Source: an uncultured Lachnospiraceae bacterium | GTDB taxonomy: Bacteria; Bacillota; Clostridia; Lachnospirales; Lachnospiraceae | Reading direction: 5' to 3' | Assembly: GCA_910578475.1 (NCBI GenBank) | Contig: CAJTRK010000008.1 | Location: 31,082-95,081, forward strand | DNA length: 64,000 bases | In this document: positions 46,128 to 55,852 of the stretch, one piece after another | Layout: the number at the start of each line of letters is the position of its first letter | Numbering within the stretch: position 1 is the stretch's first letter | Notes under the pieces: generated by a model | Seen by the model: the letters and a program-made list of their open reading frames with translations, nothing else | What the model was told of the DNA's origin: nothing | The model's database searches: none | Translations under genes and position numbers: made by a program

Positions 46128-46616
46128 ATGAAAAAAGGTATTATCGGAGTATTATCATTATTAACAGGTGCGGCAGTAGGAGCAGCGGCAGGCGCGGTAA
46201 GCGCAGGAAAGAATGCAGGAGAGAAGATAAACAGCAGGCAGGAACTTGCTGATAAACATCTTGCATTATATCTGATGATGAATCAGTGGGTAAAAGTGAA
46301 ACAGGAAGGGAAAAATCTGTCTTCTTATTTTGAAAAGAATGGTTATAAGAAGATTGCCATATATGGCATGAACTATGTAGGAGAGACGCTGTTGGAAGAG
46401 CTTAAAGGAACAGGCGTGGAAGTTGCATATGCAATAGATAAAAATGCAGAAAGAATTTATGCGGATATCGATGTATATACACCGGATGATGATTTGGGAC
46501 AGGTAGATGCTGTCGTTGTCACCGCAATTACTTTTTTTGATGAAATAGAAGAGCTGTTAAGCGATAAGACAGACTGTCCGGCGATTTCCTTAGAAGATGT
46601 ATTATATGAAGTATAA
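46128..46616 (+). CDS. Small protein: a Gly/Ala-rich hydrophobic N-terminus plus a stand-alone copy of the Rossmann-like module
   Basis: MKKGIIGVLSLLTGAAVGAAAGAVSAG is followed by KKIAIYGMNYVGETLLEELKGTGVEVAYAIDKN...VDAVVVTA. Confidence 0.5.
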   Translation: MKKGIIGVLSLLTGAAVGAAAGAVSAGKNAGEKINSRQELADKHLALYLMMNQWVKVKQEGKNLSSYFEKNGYKKIAIYGMNYVGETLLEELKGTGVEVAYAIDKNAERIYADIDVYTPDDDLGQVDAVVVTAITFFDEIEELLSDKTDCPAISLEDVLYEV

Positions 46617-46633
46617 AGTATGGTGAAAAAAAT

Positions 46634-47989
46634 ATGCAGACTGTTTCCATCATCATAACCGTATACAACGGAGCGGATTATCTGGAGGAATGCCTGGAAA
46701 GCGTGTTATCCCAGACATTAAGTGATACGGAGGTTATCTGTGTAGACGACGCTTCGACGGATAACACGCCTCAGATTCTGAAGGCCTATGAGAATAAAAT
46801 AACTGTCATCACCAATACGGAGAACTGCATGGCCGGAGAGTCCAGGAACAGAGGCTTTCAAAAGGCGGTTGGCGAGTATGTCGTATTTTTGGACGCGGAT
46901 GACGTCTATGAGCCGGATATGCTGCAGAAAGCTTATCATAAAGCCAAATCCTGTGGAGCGGATATCTGCATTTTTAAAGAGGATTTATTTTCGGACAGCC
47001 TTGAGAAGCGGACGAATTATGCTTACGCCGAGTCAATAATGAAAGAACTGGGAGAGCGGGCCTTTTTTTCCCCGAAAGAGCTGTCTGATACGCTTTTTGA
47101 CCTGTGGAACGGATGGGCCTGGGATAAATTATTCCGCCGGGAGTTTATTTTGGAGACAGGCTTAAAATTCCAGAAGCTGAAATCATCCAATGACGGTTTC
47201 TTTGTGCACGCTGCGCTTGCCTGTGCGGAAAGAATTTCGCTGCTGAATGAAGTTCTGGTTCATCATAGGATGGGAAATGGGAACAGCGTATCCAATACGC
47301 GTGACCAGGCATGGGAATCCTGTTTGATGTACCTGAAAGAACTGAGAAGCTATTTGCTTCATAAAGGGTTGTTTGCGTGTTATGAAGGAAGTTATCTCAA
47401 CTGGACGATGGACTTCCTGTATTGGAATTATCAGACGCTGAATGAAATAAACCGGGGAAAGCTGGCGGATGCCATGAGAAGTTTTTTCCTTGATGAGCTG
47501 AATGTGCCGCAGTATGACAGAAAAGACTTTTATAATGATTTTTACGAGTGGTTTGCCGGCTGCATCATCAGACAGGAAGAACATAAAATTCCGCTTTCGG
47601 AAGATGAACGGTTTCGGAAAATATATCAGCAGAATAAGCAGAAAATGGAAGCATTATATCAATATCTGTCTTCACGTCATTGGAAAGCGGCATTATGGGG
47701 AGCAGGAATCCGGGGACGGGCATTCGCAGAAGTATACGGCGGAAAATGGGACTGCCTGGAGTGTGCGTATGACATGGACGAGAGTAAACAGGGGAAAATG
47801 CTGCCAGGCGGGCTTTTGATTCGGAAATTTGATGTACGGAAGAAAGATGAAATTGATTGCATTTTAGTCCTGAACGAGGCGCATCTGCTATCCACGGCAG
47901 AAAGCTTAGGTGAAAAAAAAGCAGTTCTTTTTGATATGAATCTTTATCTCGATACGCCATATGAAATCGAAGATTGTGTAGTGAAATGA
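46634..47989 (+). CDS. Family-2 glycosyltransferase with a C-terminal Rossmann-like module
   Basis: VSIIITVYNGADYLEECLESVLSQT, VICVDDASTDNT and FLDADD. The C-terminus reads AALWGAGIRGRAFAEVYGG...AYDMD. Confidence 0.8.
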   Translation: MQTVSIIITVYNGADYLEECLESVLSQTLSDTEVICVDDASTDNTPQILKAYENKITVITNTENCMAGESRNRGFQKAVGEYVVFLDADDVYEPDMLQKAYHKAKSCGADICIFKEDLFSDSLEKRTNYAYAESIMKELGERAFFSPKELSDTLFDLWNGWAWDKLFRREFILETGLKFQKLKSSNDGFFVHAALACAERISLLNEVLVHHRMGNGNSVSNTRDQAWESCLMYLKELRSYLLHKGLFACYEGSYLNWTMDFLYWNYQTLNEINRGKLADAMRSFFLDELNVPQYDRKDFYNDFYEWFAGCIIRQEEHKIPLSEDERFRKIYQQNKQKMEALYQYLSSRHWKAALWGAGIRGRAFAEVYGGKWDCLECAYDMDESKQGKMLPGGLLIRKFDVRKKDEIDCILVLNEAHLLSTAESLGEKKAVLFDMNLYLDTPYEIEDCVVK

Positions 47990-48065
47990 ATATGTGCCGG
48001 TATATATATCATATTATATAAAATGGATACGGAAAGAGATATTGAAAAGGGATGGAGAAAAAATA

Positions 48066-49430
48066 ATGGATGATATCAAAGTATCAGTTTTGGTATATGT
48101 GTTAAATGATAAAGTTCATATAGAGAAGTGCGTGAGAAGCGTTATGCAGCAAACCCTGAAGGAGCTGGAAATACTGCTGATTGATGGAGGCAGTACCGAT
48201 GGTACGCTGGAAAAATTGGAACAGCTGCAAAAAGAGGATTCCCGGATAAAGATAATCAGGAGCGGCGCCGGTGTAGGTTTGCAGTTCAATACCGGATGCA
48301 AGGCGGCAGCGGGGAAATATATCGGAATATGTGAATCGGATGATTATCTGCTCCCGGATATGTACGAGCGGCAGTACGCGGTTGCGGAGCAGTTTGAACT
48401 GGACGTATTAAGGGCAAATATAAATCGTTTTTGTGGAGATGGGGACAGGCAGTATGATTTTCCGTTTGCGGTATCTGCCGACAGAACATTGTATGATACG
48501 CTTCTGTATCCGCAGGAGGATGCAAGGTTTTTGGGGTTGGGAGTGAACTGCTTCTGGAGCGGATTATACAGAAAAGAATTTTTACTGGCTAAGGATATCT
48601 CTATGAACGAGACAAAAGGCGCTTCTTATCAGGATACGAGCTTTTCTTTTCTGACACAGATGTATGCGGAGCGGGCCTATGTGATGAGCGATGCTTTTTA
48701 CTGCTATCGCATTGACAATCCAAATTCCTCTGTCAATAATCCGCAGAAGGCAGCTTTGCTGAATACGGAATACCGGTTGTTGAAAGAGAAGCTGAAACAA
48801 CGTAATCTTTGGGAAAAGTACAGGGAAATATATTGGAAATGGCGGGTCAACGGTTATTTCTGGGCCTATGATAATGTATCGGAAGAGGGGAAAGCCGAGT
48901 ATCTTCCGGTCTTTTATAAAGACATCAGGGAAGAAATGGAGTCAGAACTTTACCTGGGAACGGAACTTTCCGGAAAGGAACGGGCGTTATGTGAAAGCGG
49001 CAGAGGTTCTCTGGCGGAATTTGGTGATTTTCTGGAACGGGCGGATGCGCTGAGAAAACAGGAAGAAAAGAAAATAAGAGAAATCGGGACAGACGGTCAA
49101 ACGGTTATTTTCGGAGCGGGAAATCTGGGACTGCTGGCAAGTGGATATCTGGAACAGAAAGGGAAGAAGGCGGCTGCCTATATCGATAATGCTGCCTGGA
49201 AATGGGACAGCCTTTTTTACGGTCTTCCGGTTTTATCACCCGAAGAAGGCGTCTGTCAATATCCGGACGCTGCGTATATTATTGCGAATGCCGCTCATGG
49301 ACAGGAAATGAAAGAACAGCTGAACAGTCTGGGAATCCGTGATGACAAAGTCGTTATCTGTGACAATTATGATTTGTTTATCGCGCATATCTTAGTTCCT
49401 TATTGGAAGAAGGGCGGCAGCAATGATTAG
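48066..49430 (+). CDS. Family-2 glycosyltransferase with a C-terminal Rossmann-like module
   Basis: VSVLVYVLNDKVHIEKCVRSVMQQT, ILLIDGGSTDGT and CESDDY. The C-terminus reads VIFGAGNLGLLASGYLEQKGKKAAAYIDN...GLPVLSPEE. The ATG at 48066 is preferred over the track start at 47994. Confidence 0.8.
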   Translation: MDDIKVSVLVYVLNDKVHIEKCVRSVMQQTLKELEILLIDGGSTDGTLEKLEQLQKEDSRIKIIRSGAGVGLQFNTGCKAAAGKYIGICESDDYLLPDMYERQYAVAEQFELDVLRANINRFCGDGDRQYDFPFAVSADRTLYDTLLYPQEDARFLGLGVNCFWSGLYRKEFLLAKDISMNETKGASYQDTSFSFLTQMYAERAYVMSDAFYCYRIDNPNSSVNNPQKAALLNTEYRLLKEKLKQRNLWEKYREIYWKWRVNGYFWAYDNVSEEGKAEYLPVFYKDIREEMESELYLGTELSGKERALCESGRGSLAEFGDFLERADALRKQEEKKIREIGTDGQTVIFGAGNLGLLASGYLEQKGKKAAAYIDNAAWKWDSLFYGLPVLSPEEGVCQYPDAAYIIANAAHGQEMKEQLNSLGIRDDKVVICDNYDLFIAHILVPYWKKGGSND

Positions 49431-50610
49431 TATAATTGTACCCGTTTATAATGTCGGTTCGTATTTACCAAAATGTATCGACAGTATCTTAAAACAGACC
49501 TGCGGTGACTTTGAGCTGATTCTGGTGGACGACGGTTCAACGGATGATTCGCCTCAGATTTGTGACAGCTATAAAGAAAAGGACGCAAGAGTTGTCGTCA
49601 TACATAAACAGAATGAAGGCCTGGTCAGGGCAAGAAAGACAGGACTGCAAAAGGCAGCTGGCCAATATATCTGCTATGTGGATGGCGATGACTGGATAGA
49701 AGCCGATATGATAGAGCATTTATCGGAAAAAATGGCGGAGACAGGAGCTGACCTGGCAGCTTCCGGCCTTTATTGTGAGTCGGAAGATTCTGTCCAGAAA
49801 TTACATGGAAAATTGGAAGCCGGAATTTATGATACAAAAGAGATTCTTTCAATCATGTTATATACCGGAGAATTTTATGAATTTGGCGTCAGCCAGTTCG
49901 CCTGTACAAAATTGTTTCGAAGAGATTTATTATGGGATGTCCAGATACAGGTGGATGACAGAATTAATTGCGGTGAAGATGTGGCCGTGACATATCCCTA
50001 TATTCTCCGGACACAAAAGATTTGTATATCGGATTATATCGGATATCACTATATACAGCGGGCCGGTTCCATCGTAGGATGTTTTGATTCTGACGAATAT
50101 GACAGAAATAAAATACTGATTGCATATTTGAAAAATATCTTTGACCGGTCAGCTTATGCGGAATGTCTGCTCAGGCAGTTAAACCAGTATGCCAAAAATT
50201 TATTTCTGACACGCAATATCGCCTGTTTTGATGTTCTTCAAAAGGATGAAATACTGATGCCTTATGGCGGCATACCGGTAAATGCCCGCATTATCCTGTA
50301 TGGGGCCGGAAAAATGGGACAGAGCCTGTACAGGTATCTGAAAGGCCGGGATTCCATAGAAGTGGTGGACTGGCTGGATAAAAATTCCGCCGTATATCAA
50401 AAAAAAGGTATGGAAGTGCATTGCCCCGATTGTTTGAAAAAAATACAGGATAAGGCATATGATTTTCTCTTGATTGCGGTAAACAGCCAGAAGGCGGTAA
50501 AAAGCATTTATTGCTGTTTAGAGGAAATGGGCGTAAACGCGGAAAAGATAAAGTGGCTGAGGGAAGAGTTTATCAGGGAAGATTACTTTATACTGGATGC
50601 GTTTGCATGA
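49423..50610 (+). CDS. Family-2 glycosyltransferase with a C-terminal Rossmann-like module
   Basis: ISIIVPVYNVGSYLPKCIDSILKQT, LILVDDGSTDDS and YVDGDD. The C-terminus reads IILYGAGKMGQSLYRYLKGRDSIEVVDWLDKN. It overlaps the upstream gene by 8 nt. Confidence 0.8.
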   Translation: MISIIVPVYNVGSYLPKCIDSILKQTCGDFELILVDDGSTDDSPQICDSYKEKDARVVVIHKQNEGLVRARKTGLQKAAGQYICYVDGDDWIEADMIEHLSEKMAETGADLAASGLYCESEDSVQKLHGKLEAGIYDTKEILSIMLYTGEFYEFGVSQFACTKLFRRDLLWDVQIQVDDRINCGEDVAVTYPYILRTQKICISDYIGYHYIQRAGSIVGCFDSDEYDRNKILIAYLKNIFDRSAYAECLLRQLNQYAKNLFLTRNIACFDVLQKDEILMPYGGIPVNARIILYGAGKMGQSLYRYLKGRDSIEVVDWLDKNSAVYQKKGMEVHCPDCLKKIQDKAYDFLLIAVNSQKAVKSIYCCLEEMGVNAEKIKWLREEFIREDYFILDAFA

Positions 50611-50649
50611 AGTTTTGAGAACTTTGAGCGGGGAAAAAGGAGAAACGGC

Positions 50650-51837
50650 ATGGACATGGAAATCATTTTATTTGGAAGCGGAGCGATTGGCCAGGAGGCC
50701 CTTGCTTTTCTGGGAAATAGTAATGTCGTATGTTTTTGCGATAATAATCCCGAACTGGCGGGAAAAGAAAAACATGGAAAGACAGTGATTCCATTTCAGG
50801 AATTAAAGCAGGAACATAAAGAAGCGGTTGTGGTCATTTCTGCGAACCGTAAAATAGCATATGAGATTGTAAATCAGTGTGAAGAAAATGAAATCCGGGA
50901 TTATGTGTTTTATGAATCTTTGAAGGATTTATATCCGGAAAGGAAGGATGCTCTGGCATTTTTATCGGATTCGGAAAACCGGACAAACATGCGGAAAGAT
51001 ATCTATTTTGCCAAGATAAAGGAATTACAGGAACAGGTAGATTATTTAAAAAGACACGCGGATATAAGGCATATGAAGCCTGCCACAGGAGAACTTCGAA
51101 AGTGGCAGCTGGAACTTGCGGACATGTCGGAGGAGTTTTTTGAGAAATTGCACGGGTTGGATATAAAGCCTTTCTTAGACGGCGGCAATTTATTGGGATA
51201 TGTCAGACATAATGGATTTATTCCGTGGGATGATGATATTGACTTTGCGCTCATTAGAGACGAATATGAAAAACTGAAGGATTTTTGCCGGAAAAATATT
51301 TGTTCCATGCAAGAGTTTGCGAACAGAAAAAATACAGACGTTCATAATGTTACCGGAATGGAAAACTATTATTGGATTAATTTTGGTGATTTTATCAGAA
51401 TTGTCAAGCACGTTCCGGGTGGAAACGATTTAAGAGTTGAATTTTTTTCATTGGATTTTTATAACGATGCCTATACTTTTGAAGAATTGATGAAATTTTC
51501 GGAAGAGGTACGGAAAAAAATGATAAAAGGTTCCTTTGAAGAAATGGCAAGTTTTTTTGAAGCCGTACTGAATGAAAATCGTCAAAATATTGTCAAAGAC
51601 AGCAGTCATATTTATTTCGGAATAGATAACATGGAAATTCGGAATACGCACAGTAAAAACCAGTGGATTCCCAAAGAGGTTATATTTCCCTTACAAAGGA
51701 TTCAGTTTGAAGGAAAATCTTTCTGGGTACCGAATAAACCGGAAGAATTTCTGCAGTATGAATATGATTCTATCTGGGATTATCCCGATGATGTCGGAGC
51801 ACCAAAGCATTATGGCGGTTTGGGAATATCCGAATGA
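50650..51837 (+). CDS. LicD-family phospho(choline/alditol) transferase with an N-terminal Rossmann-like module
   Basis: FLDGGNLLGYVRHNGFIPWDDDIDFAL is the LicD signature. The N-terminus reads IILFGSGAIGQEALAFLGNSNVVCFCDNN...GKTVIPFQEL. Confidence 0.75.
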   Translation: MDMEIILFGSGAIGQEALAFLGNSNVVCFCDNNPELAGKEKHGKTVIPFQELKQEHKEAVVVISANRKIAYEIVNQCEENEIRDYVFYESLKDLYPERKDALAFLSDSENRTNMRKDIYFAKIKELQEQVDYLKRHADIRHMKPATGELRKWQLELADMSEEFFEKLHGLDIKPFLDGGNLLGYVRHNGFIPWDDDIDFALIRDEYEKLKDFCRKNICSMQEFANRKNTDVHNVTGMENYYWINFGDFIRIVKHVPGGNDLRVEFFSLDFYNDAYTFEELMKFSEEVRKKMIKGSFEEMASFFEAVLNENRQNIVKDSSHIYFGIDNMEIRNTHSKNQWIPKEVIFPLQRIQFEGKSFWVPNKPEEFLQYEYDSIWDYPDDVGAPKHYGGLGISE

Positions 51838-51883
51838 TTATAGAAACAGAACACTTGGAAACGATTGTTTCCATAGCTTATAA

Positions 51884-53518
51884 GTGGGTGGAAGCAGGGT
51901 GAATGACGATAACAGAGAAACTTCTGTCAGAAATGCGATTATTCTGGCAGCAGGATACGGAATGAGAATGGTTCCCGCGGACAGGGAGATACCCAAAGGG
52001 CTTCTCGAAGTGTACGGGGAGCCATTAATTGAACGGCTTATCAAACAGTTGCAGGAAGCCGGTATATCGGAAATCTATGTGGTAGTCGGATATAAAAAAG
52101 AAAAGTTTGAATATCTGATAAAAAGATATGGGGTGAAGCTGATTTTCAATGCAGAATACGCAGAAAAAAACAGTCTGTATTCTTTAAAAGCAGCTGCGGG
52201 ATATTTATCCGATTCCTATATTATTCCATGCGATGTATGGTGTAAAAGGAATCCGTTCCGTCGTCAGGAATCCGGTTCATGGTATATGGTCGGTTCTCTG
52301 ATGGATAAAGAAAGCCTCGTACGGGTGGATTCCTCCGGAGAACTTGTTCTGGTTCCCAAAGATAATTCTGGAAATACAATGATTGGCATTTCGTATCTGG
52401 CAAAAGAGCAGGCGGCTGTCGTCAGAGACAAAATGACAGCGCTTTGCAGAGAGAATGGCAATGCAGAACTCTTATGGGAAGAGGCATTGCTTAACCGGGC
52501 CGAAAATAAGATGATGATACGGTCAAGGCTTGTTGACGCGGACGATGTGGTGGAAATCAATACCTATGAGCAGCTGCGCGAACTGGATAAAAATTCAAGT
52601 CATCTGCAATCGGATGCAATCGCGGCAGCGGCCGAAATAATAGGCGTTGGAAATGATGAAATTGTCGATATATCTGTTTTAAAAAAAGGGATGACAAACC
52701 GCTCTTTTCTGTTTTCATGCCGCAACCGGAAATATATTATGAGGATTCCGGGAGAAGGGACCCAACAGCTTATCGACAGGCGTGCAGAGGCAGAAGTGTA
52801 TCAAAGCCTGAAAGGAAAAGGCATTTGCGATAATGTTATCTATATGAATGCGGAAAACGGGTATAAAATAACGGAATTTATAGAGGGAACGAGAGTATGC
52901 GACCCGTTTAACCCCAAAGATTTAGTAATCTGTATGGAGAAACTGCGTGCATTTCACGAGCAGGAATTCGGCGTGGAGAGGGAGTTTCACATTTTTGAAC
53001 AGATTGAATTTTATGAAGCCCTGTGGGGCGGAAAACCGTCTGCATATCAGGACTATGAGACTACAAAAGAGCGGGTAATGCGGCTGCAGTCCTATATCAA
53101 TGCCCATACGGATAAAAAAGTATTGACGCACATAGATGCTGTTCCGGATAATTTTCTGATTATGGAGGATGAAAAGGGAGCCTGTGAAGTCCGGATTATC
53201 GATTGGGAATATGCCGGGATGCAGGACCCGCATATCGATATTGCAATGTTCTGCATCTATTCAATGTATGAAAAAGAGCAGGTGGATAATCTGATTGATA
53301 TTTATTTTCAGCAGAACTGTCCTGACGAGACAAGAGTAAAAATTTACTGCTATATAGCCGCCTGCGGCCTGCTGTGGAGTAACTGGTGCGAATATAAAGC
53401 GATACTGGGCGTTAAATTTGGGGAGTATTCCCAAAGACAGTATGATTATGCAAGAGAGTATTATCAGATTGTGCAGGATATTTTAAGCCGGGAAGAGGAT
53501 GAAGGATGTATTACATAA
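51884..53518 (+). CDS. Bifunctional nucleotidyltransferase (LicC-like) / choline-ethanolamine-type kinase (LicA-like) fusion
   Basis: The N-terminus reads NAIILAAGYGMRMVP...PKGLLEVYGEPLIERLIKQLQEAGISEIYVVVGY. The C-terminus has LTHIDAVPDNFLI (HxDxxxxN) and RIIDWEYAGMQDPHIDIAMF, a choline kinase motif. The start (GTG 51884 or 51899) is uncertain. Confidence 0.7.
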   Translation: MGGSRVNDDNRETSVRNAIILAAGYGMRMVPADREIPKGLLEVYGEPLIERLIKQLQEAGISEIYVVVGYKKEKFEYLIKRYGVKLIFNAEYAEKNSLYSLKAAAGYLSDSYIIPCDVWCKRNPFRRQESGSWYMVGSLMDKESLVRVDSSGELVLVPKDNSGNTMIGISYLAKEQAAVVRDKMTALCRENGNAELLWEEALLNRAENKMMIRSRLVDADDVVEINTYEQLRELDKNSSHLQSDAIAAAAEIIGVGNDEIVDISVLKKGMTNRSFLFSCRNRKYIMRIPGEGTQQLIDRRAEAEVYQSLKGKGICDNVIYMNAENGYKITEFIEGTRVCDPFNPKDLVICMEKLRAFHEQEFGVEREFHIFEQIEFYEALWGGKPSAYQDYETTKERVMRLQSYINAHTDKKVLTHIDAVPDNFLIMEDEKGACEVRIIDWEYAGMQDPHIDIAMFCIYSMYEKEQVDNLIDIYFQQNCPDETRVKIYCYIAACGLLWSNWCEYKAILGVKFGEYSQRQYDYAREYYQIVQDILSREEDEGCIT

Positions 53519-54213
53519 AGAGAGCGATTATTCTGGCGGCAGGAATGGGAAACAGAATGAGTCCCGTGACAAAGAAGACTCCGAAACCGCTGATTCGGGT
53601 AAATGGCACGCGAATCATTGATACGGCGATACAGGGGTTAAGAGCGAATGGGATTCAGGAAATTTATGTGGTGACAGGTTATCTGAAAGAACAATTCAGT
53701 GGCCTGGAGAAAGATTATCCGGGATTAAAGCTGATTGAAAATCCTTATTATGCCGAATGCAATAATATTTCCTCCCTGTATATGGCAAGGGAGTATATCG
53801 GGGATGCGATGATACTGGATGGAGACCAGATAATTTATAATAACAGCGTTCTTGCGCCGGAATTTGTCCGTTCGGGATATAATGCCGTATGGGTGGAAAA
53901 CGGAACGGATGAGTGGTTAATGACGGTCAAAGATGATATTGTAACCAATTGCAGCCGTGTCGGCGGAAAAGAAGGCTGGCAGTTATTCAGCATTTCCAGA
54001 TGGAATACGGAAGACGGGGAAAGATTAAAAAAGCATTTGGAAACAGAATTTGAAAGAAAGAAGAATACCCAGATTTATTGGGACGATATTGCGATGTTCT
54101 TATATCAGCGGGAATACCGACTGGGAATTTATCCAATGTCTCAGGGGGATATTGTTGAGGTTGATAATTTGTATGAGCTTGCGGCGCTGGATAGAAGTTA
54201 CGCGGCGGAATGA
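53506..54213 (+). CDS. LicC-like nucleotidyltransferase (CTP:phosphocholine cytidylyltransferase family)
   Basis: RAIILAAGMGNRMSPVTKKTPKPLIRVNGTRIIDTAIQGLRANGIQEIYVVTGY. It overlaps the upstream gene by 13 nt. Confidence 0.7.
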   Translation: MYYIKRAIILAAGMGNRMSPVTKKTPKPLIRVNGTRIIDTAIQGLRANGIQEIYVVTGYLKEQFSGLEKDYPGLKLIENPYYAECNNISSLYMAREYIGDAMILDGDQIIYNNSVLAPEFVRSGYNAVWVENGTDEWLMTVKDDIVTNCSRVGGKEGWQLFSISRWNTEDGERLKKHLETEFERKKNTQIYWDDIAMFLYQREYRLGIYPMSQGDIVEVDNLYELAALDRSYAAE

Positions 54214-55760
54214 GAGGAAACATGAACAAAACTCAGAAATTAAAGGACCAAATTGACTGGGTTTCAATAATCGTACCGTTTCTGGGAGTTAGTGCGCTTT
54301 GTGCTGTTTTTATGATATTTCCGGGGCAGTCTGCGATAATTCTGCAGATTATCCGTGGATTTCTTGGAGATGAATGCGGAATATATTATGCGGTATTGGG
54401 TGTTGGCATACTTCTCTGCACAATCTATATCGCTTTTTCCAGATATGGACAAGTCAGACTGGGAGAAGGAAAACCCTTGTATTCCTCCTTTACATGGGGA
54501 ACCATGATTTTTACATCTACAATGGCGGCAGACATTCTCTTTTATTCGCTGATTGAATGGGCTTTGTATGCGAATGAGCCGCATATTGAGAAGATGGGAG
54601 GAATACAAAATTGGGCTTCTACCTACCCATTGTTTCACTGGGGGCCGATTGCCTGGAGTTTTTACATTGCTCTGGCGGTGGCCTTTGGCTTTATGCTGCA
54701 TGTCAGACATTGTGAAAAACAAAAGTTTTCAGAAGCATGCAGACCGATTTTAGGTTGTAAGATAGACGGCGTTTGGGGAAAAGTGATTGATTTGATAGCA
54801 ATATTTGCATTGATTGCCGGAACTGCGACTACCTTTTCGCTCGCGACGCCTTTACTTTCATCGGCATTCAGTAAAGTACTGGGGATTTCGGCAGGAAGAG
54901 GAGGAACCATCGTCATATTGCTTCTGATAGCATTTATCTATACGTTGACTGTATGGTTTGGAATGAAAGGTATTTCAAAACTGGCTTCCTGGTGCACTTA
55001 TCTGTTCTTTGTATTATTACTTTATTTTTTAATCGGCGGCGGAGAAACCGTTTACATTTTGGAAACGGGATTTTCTGCGATTGGAAATCTGATTCAGAAT
55101 TTTATCGGAATATCTACCTGGATGGACCCTCTGCGCGAAAGCAGCTTTCCACAGAACTGGACGATATACTATTGGGCATATTGGATGGTCTGGTGCGTTG
55201 CGACTCCGTTTTTTATCGGTTCTATCAGCAAAGGAAGAACTGTCAAAAATACGATTCTCGGGGGATACGGATGGGGAATTGCAGGAACATTCACGTCATT
55301 TATTATTCTTGGCAACTATGGATTGGCGCAGCAGGTGAAGCATGGACTGGATGTGGCCGGATTCATTGCCGATGGCGGGGCATATTCGGACGCGATTCTG
55401 ATAATTTTTGAAACAATGCCGCTTGAACGGATTGGGCTGCTTCTCCTGGTAGTAACCATGATTGCATTTTACTCTACGACATTTGATTCCATTACAATGG
55501 TGGTTTCTTCTTATTCATATAAAAAGCTTCCGGTCGGGCAGGAGCCGGATAAACGGGTCAGAACTTTTTGGGCTGTTATGTTTATCGTGTTTCCGATTGC
55601 GCTTATATTTTCAGAAAGCTCTATGTATCATTTGCAGTCCGTATCGATTATCGCGGCATTTCCGATTGGACTGGTTGTATTGTTAATCATCGCAAGCTTT
55701 TTTAAAGACATTAAAAAGTATTGGCTGAGCGCAAATGGAAAGGATGCAGAAAATCAATGA
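54210..55760 (+). CDS. BCCT-family (betaine/carnitine/choline) transporter
   Basis: The protein is polytopic and hydrophobic. WTIYYWAYWMVWCVATPFFIGSISKGRTVKN matches the BCCT signature region. The ATGA arrangement overlaps the upstream stop. Confidence 0.85.
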   Translation: MRGNMNKTQKLKDQIDWVSIIVPFLGVSALCAVFMIFPGQSAIILQIIRGFLGDECGIYYAVLGVGILLCTIYIAFSRYGQVRLGEGKPLYSSFTWGTMIFTSTMAADILFYSLIEWALYANEPHIEKMGGIQNWASTYPLFHWGPIAWSFYIALAVAFGFMLHVRHCEKQKFSEACRPILGCKIDGVWGKVIDLIAIFALIAGTATTFSLATPLLSSAFSKVLGISAGRGGTIVILLLIAFIYTLTVWFGMKGISKLASWCTYLFFVLLLYFLIGGGETVYILETGFSAIGNLIQNFIGISTWMDPLRESSFPQNWTIYYWAYWMVWCVATPFFIGSISKGRTVKNTILGGYGWGIAGTFTSFIILGNYGLAQQVKHGLDVAGFIADGGAYSDAILIIFETMPLERIGLLLLVVTMIAFYSTTFDSITMVVSSYSYKKLPVGQEPDKRVRTFWAVMFIVFPIALIFSESSMYHLQSVSIIAAFPIGLVVLLIIASFFKDIKKYWLSANGKDAENQ

Positions 55761-55852
55761 TTACGAACGAGCGGTAAACTGGGTAAAAAATAATTATTCG
55801 GACGAAGGAAAGTAGAAAAACCTTGCAAAACGGATTGGAACGGAGGAGTTTT

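Noticed and set aside
30362-50406. A8 runs inside glycosyltransferase genes (about 30362, 42175, 47913 and 50399) read as further phase-variation tracts.
   Set aside because: They encode Lys-Lys in AT-rich genes, where such runs are expected by composition, and all are in frame. Only the G8 and G9 tracts stand out against the base composition.
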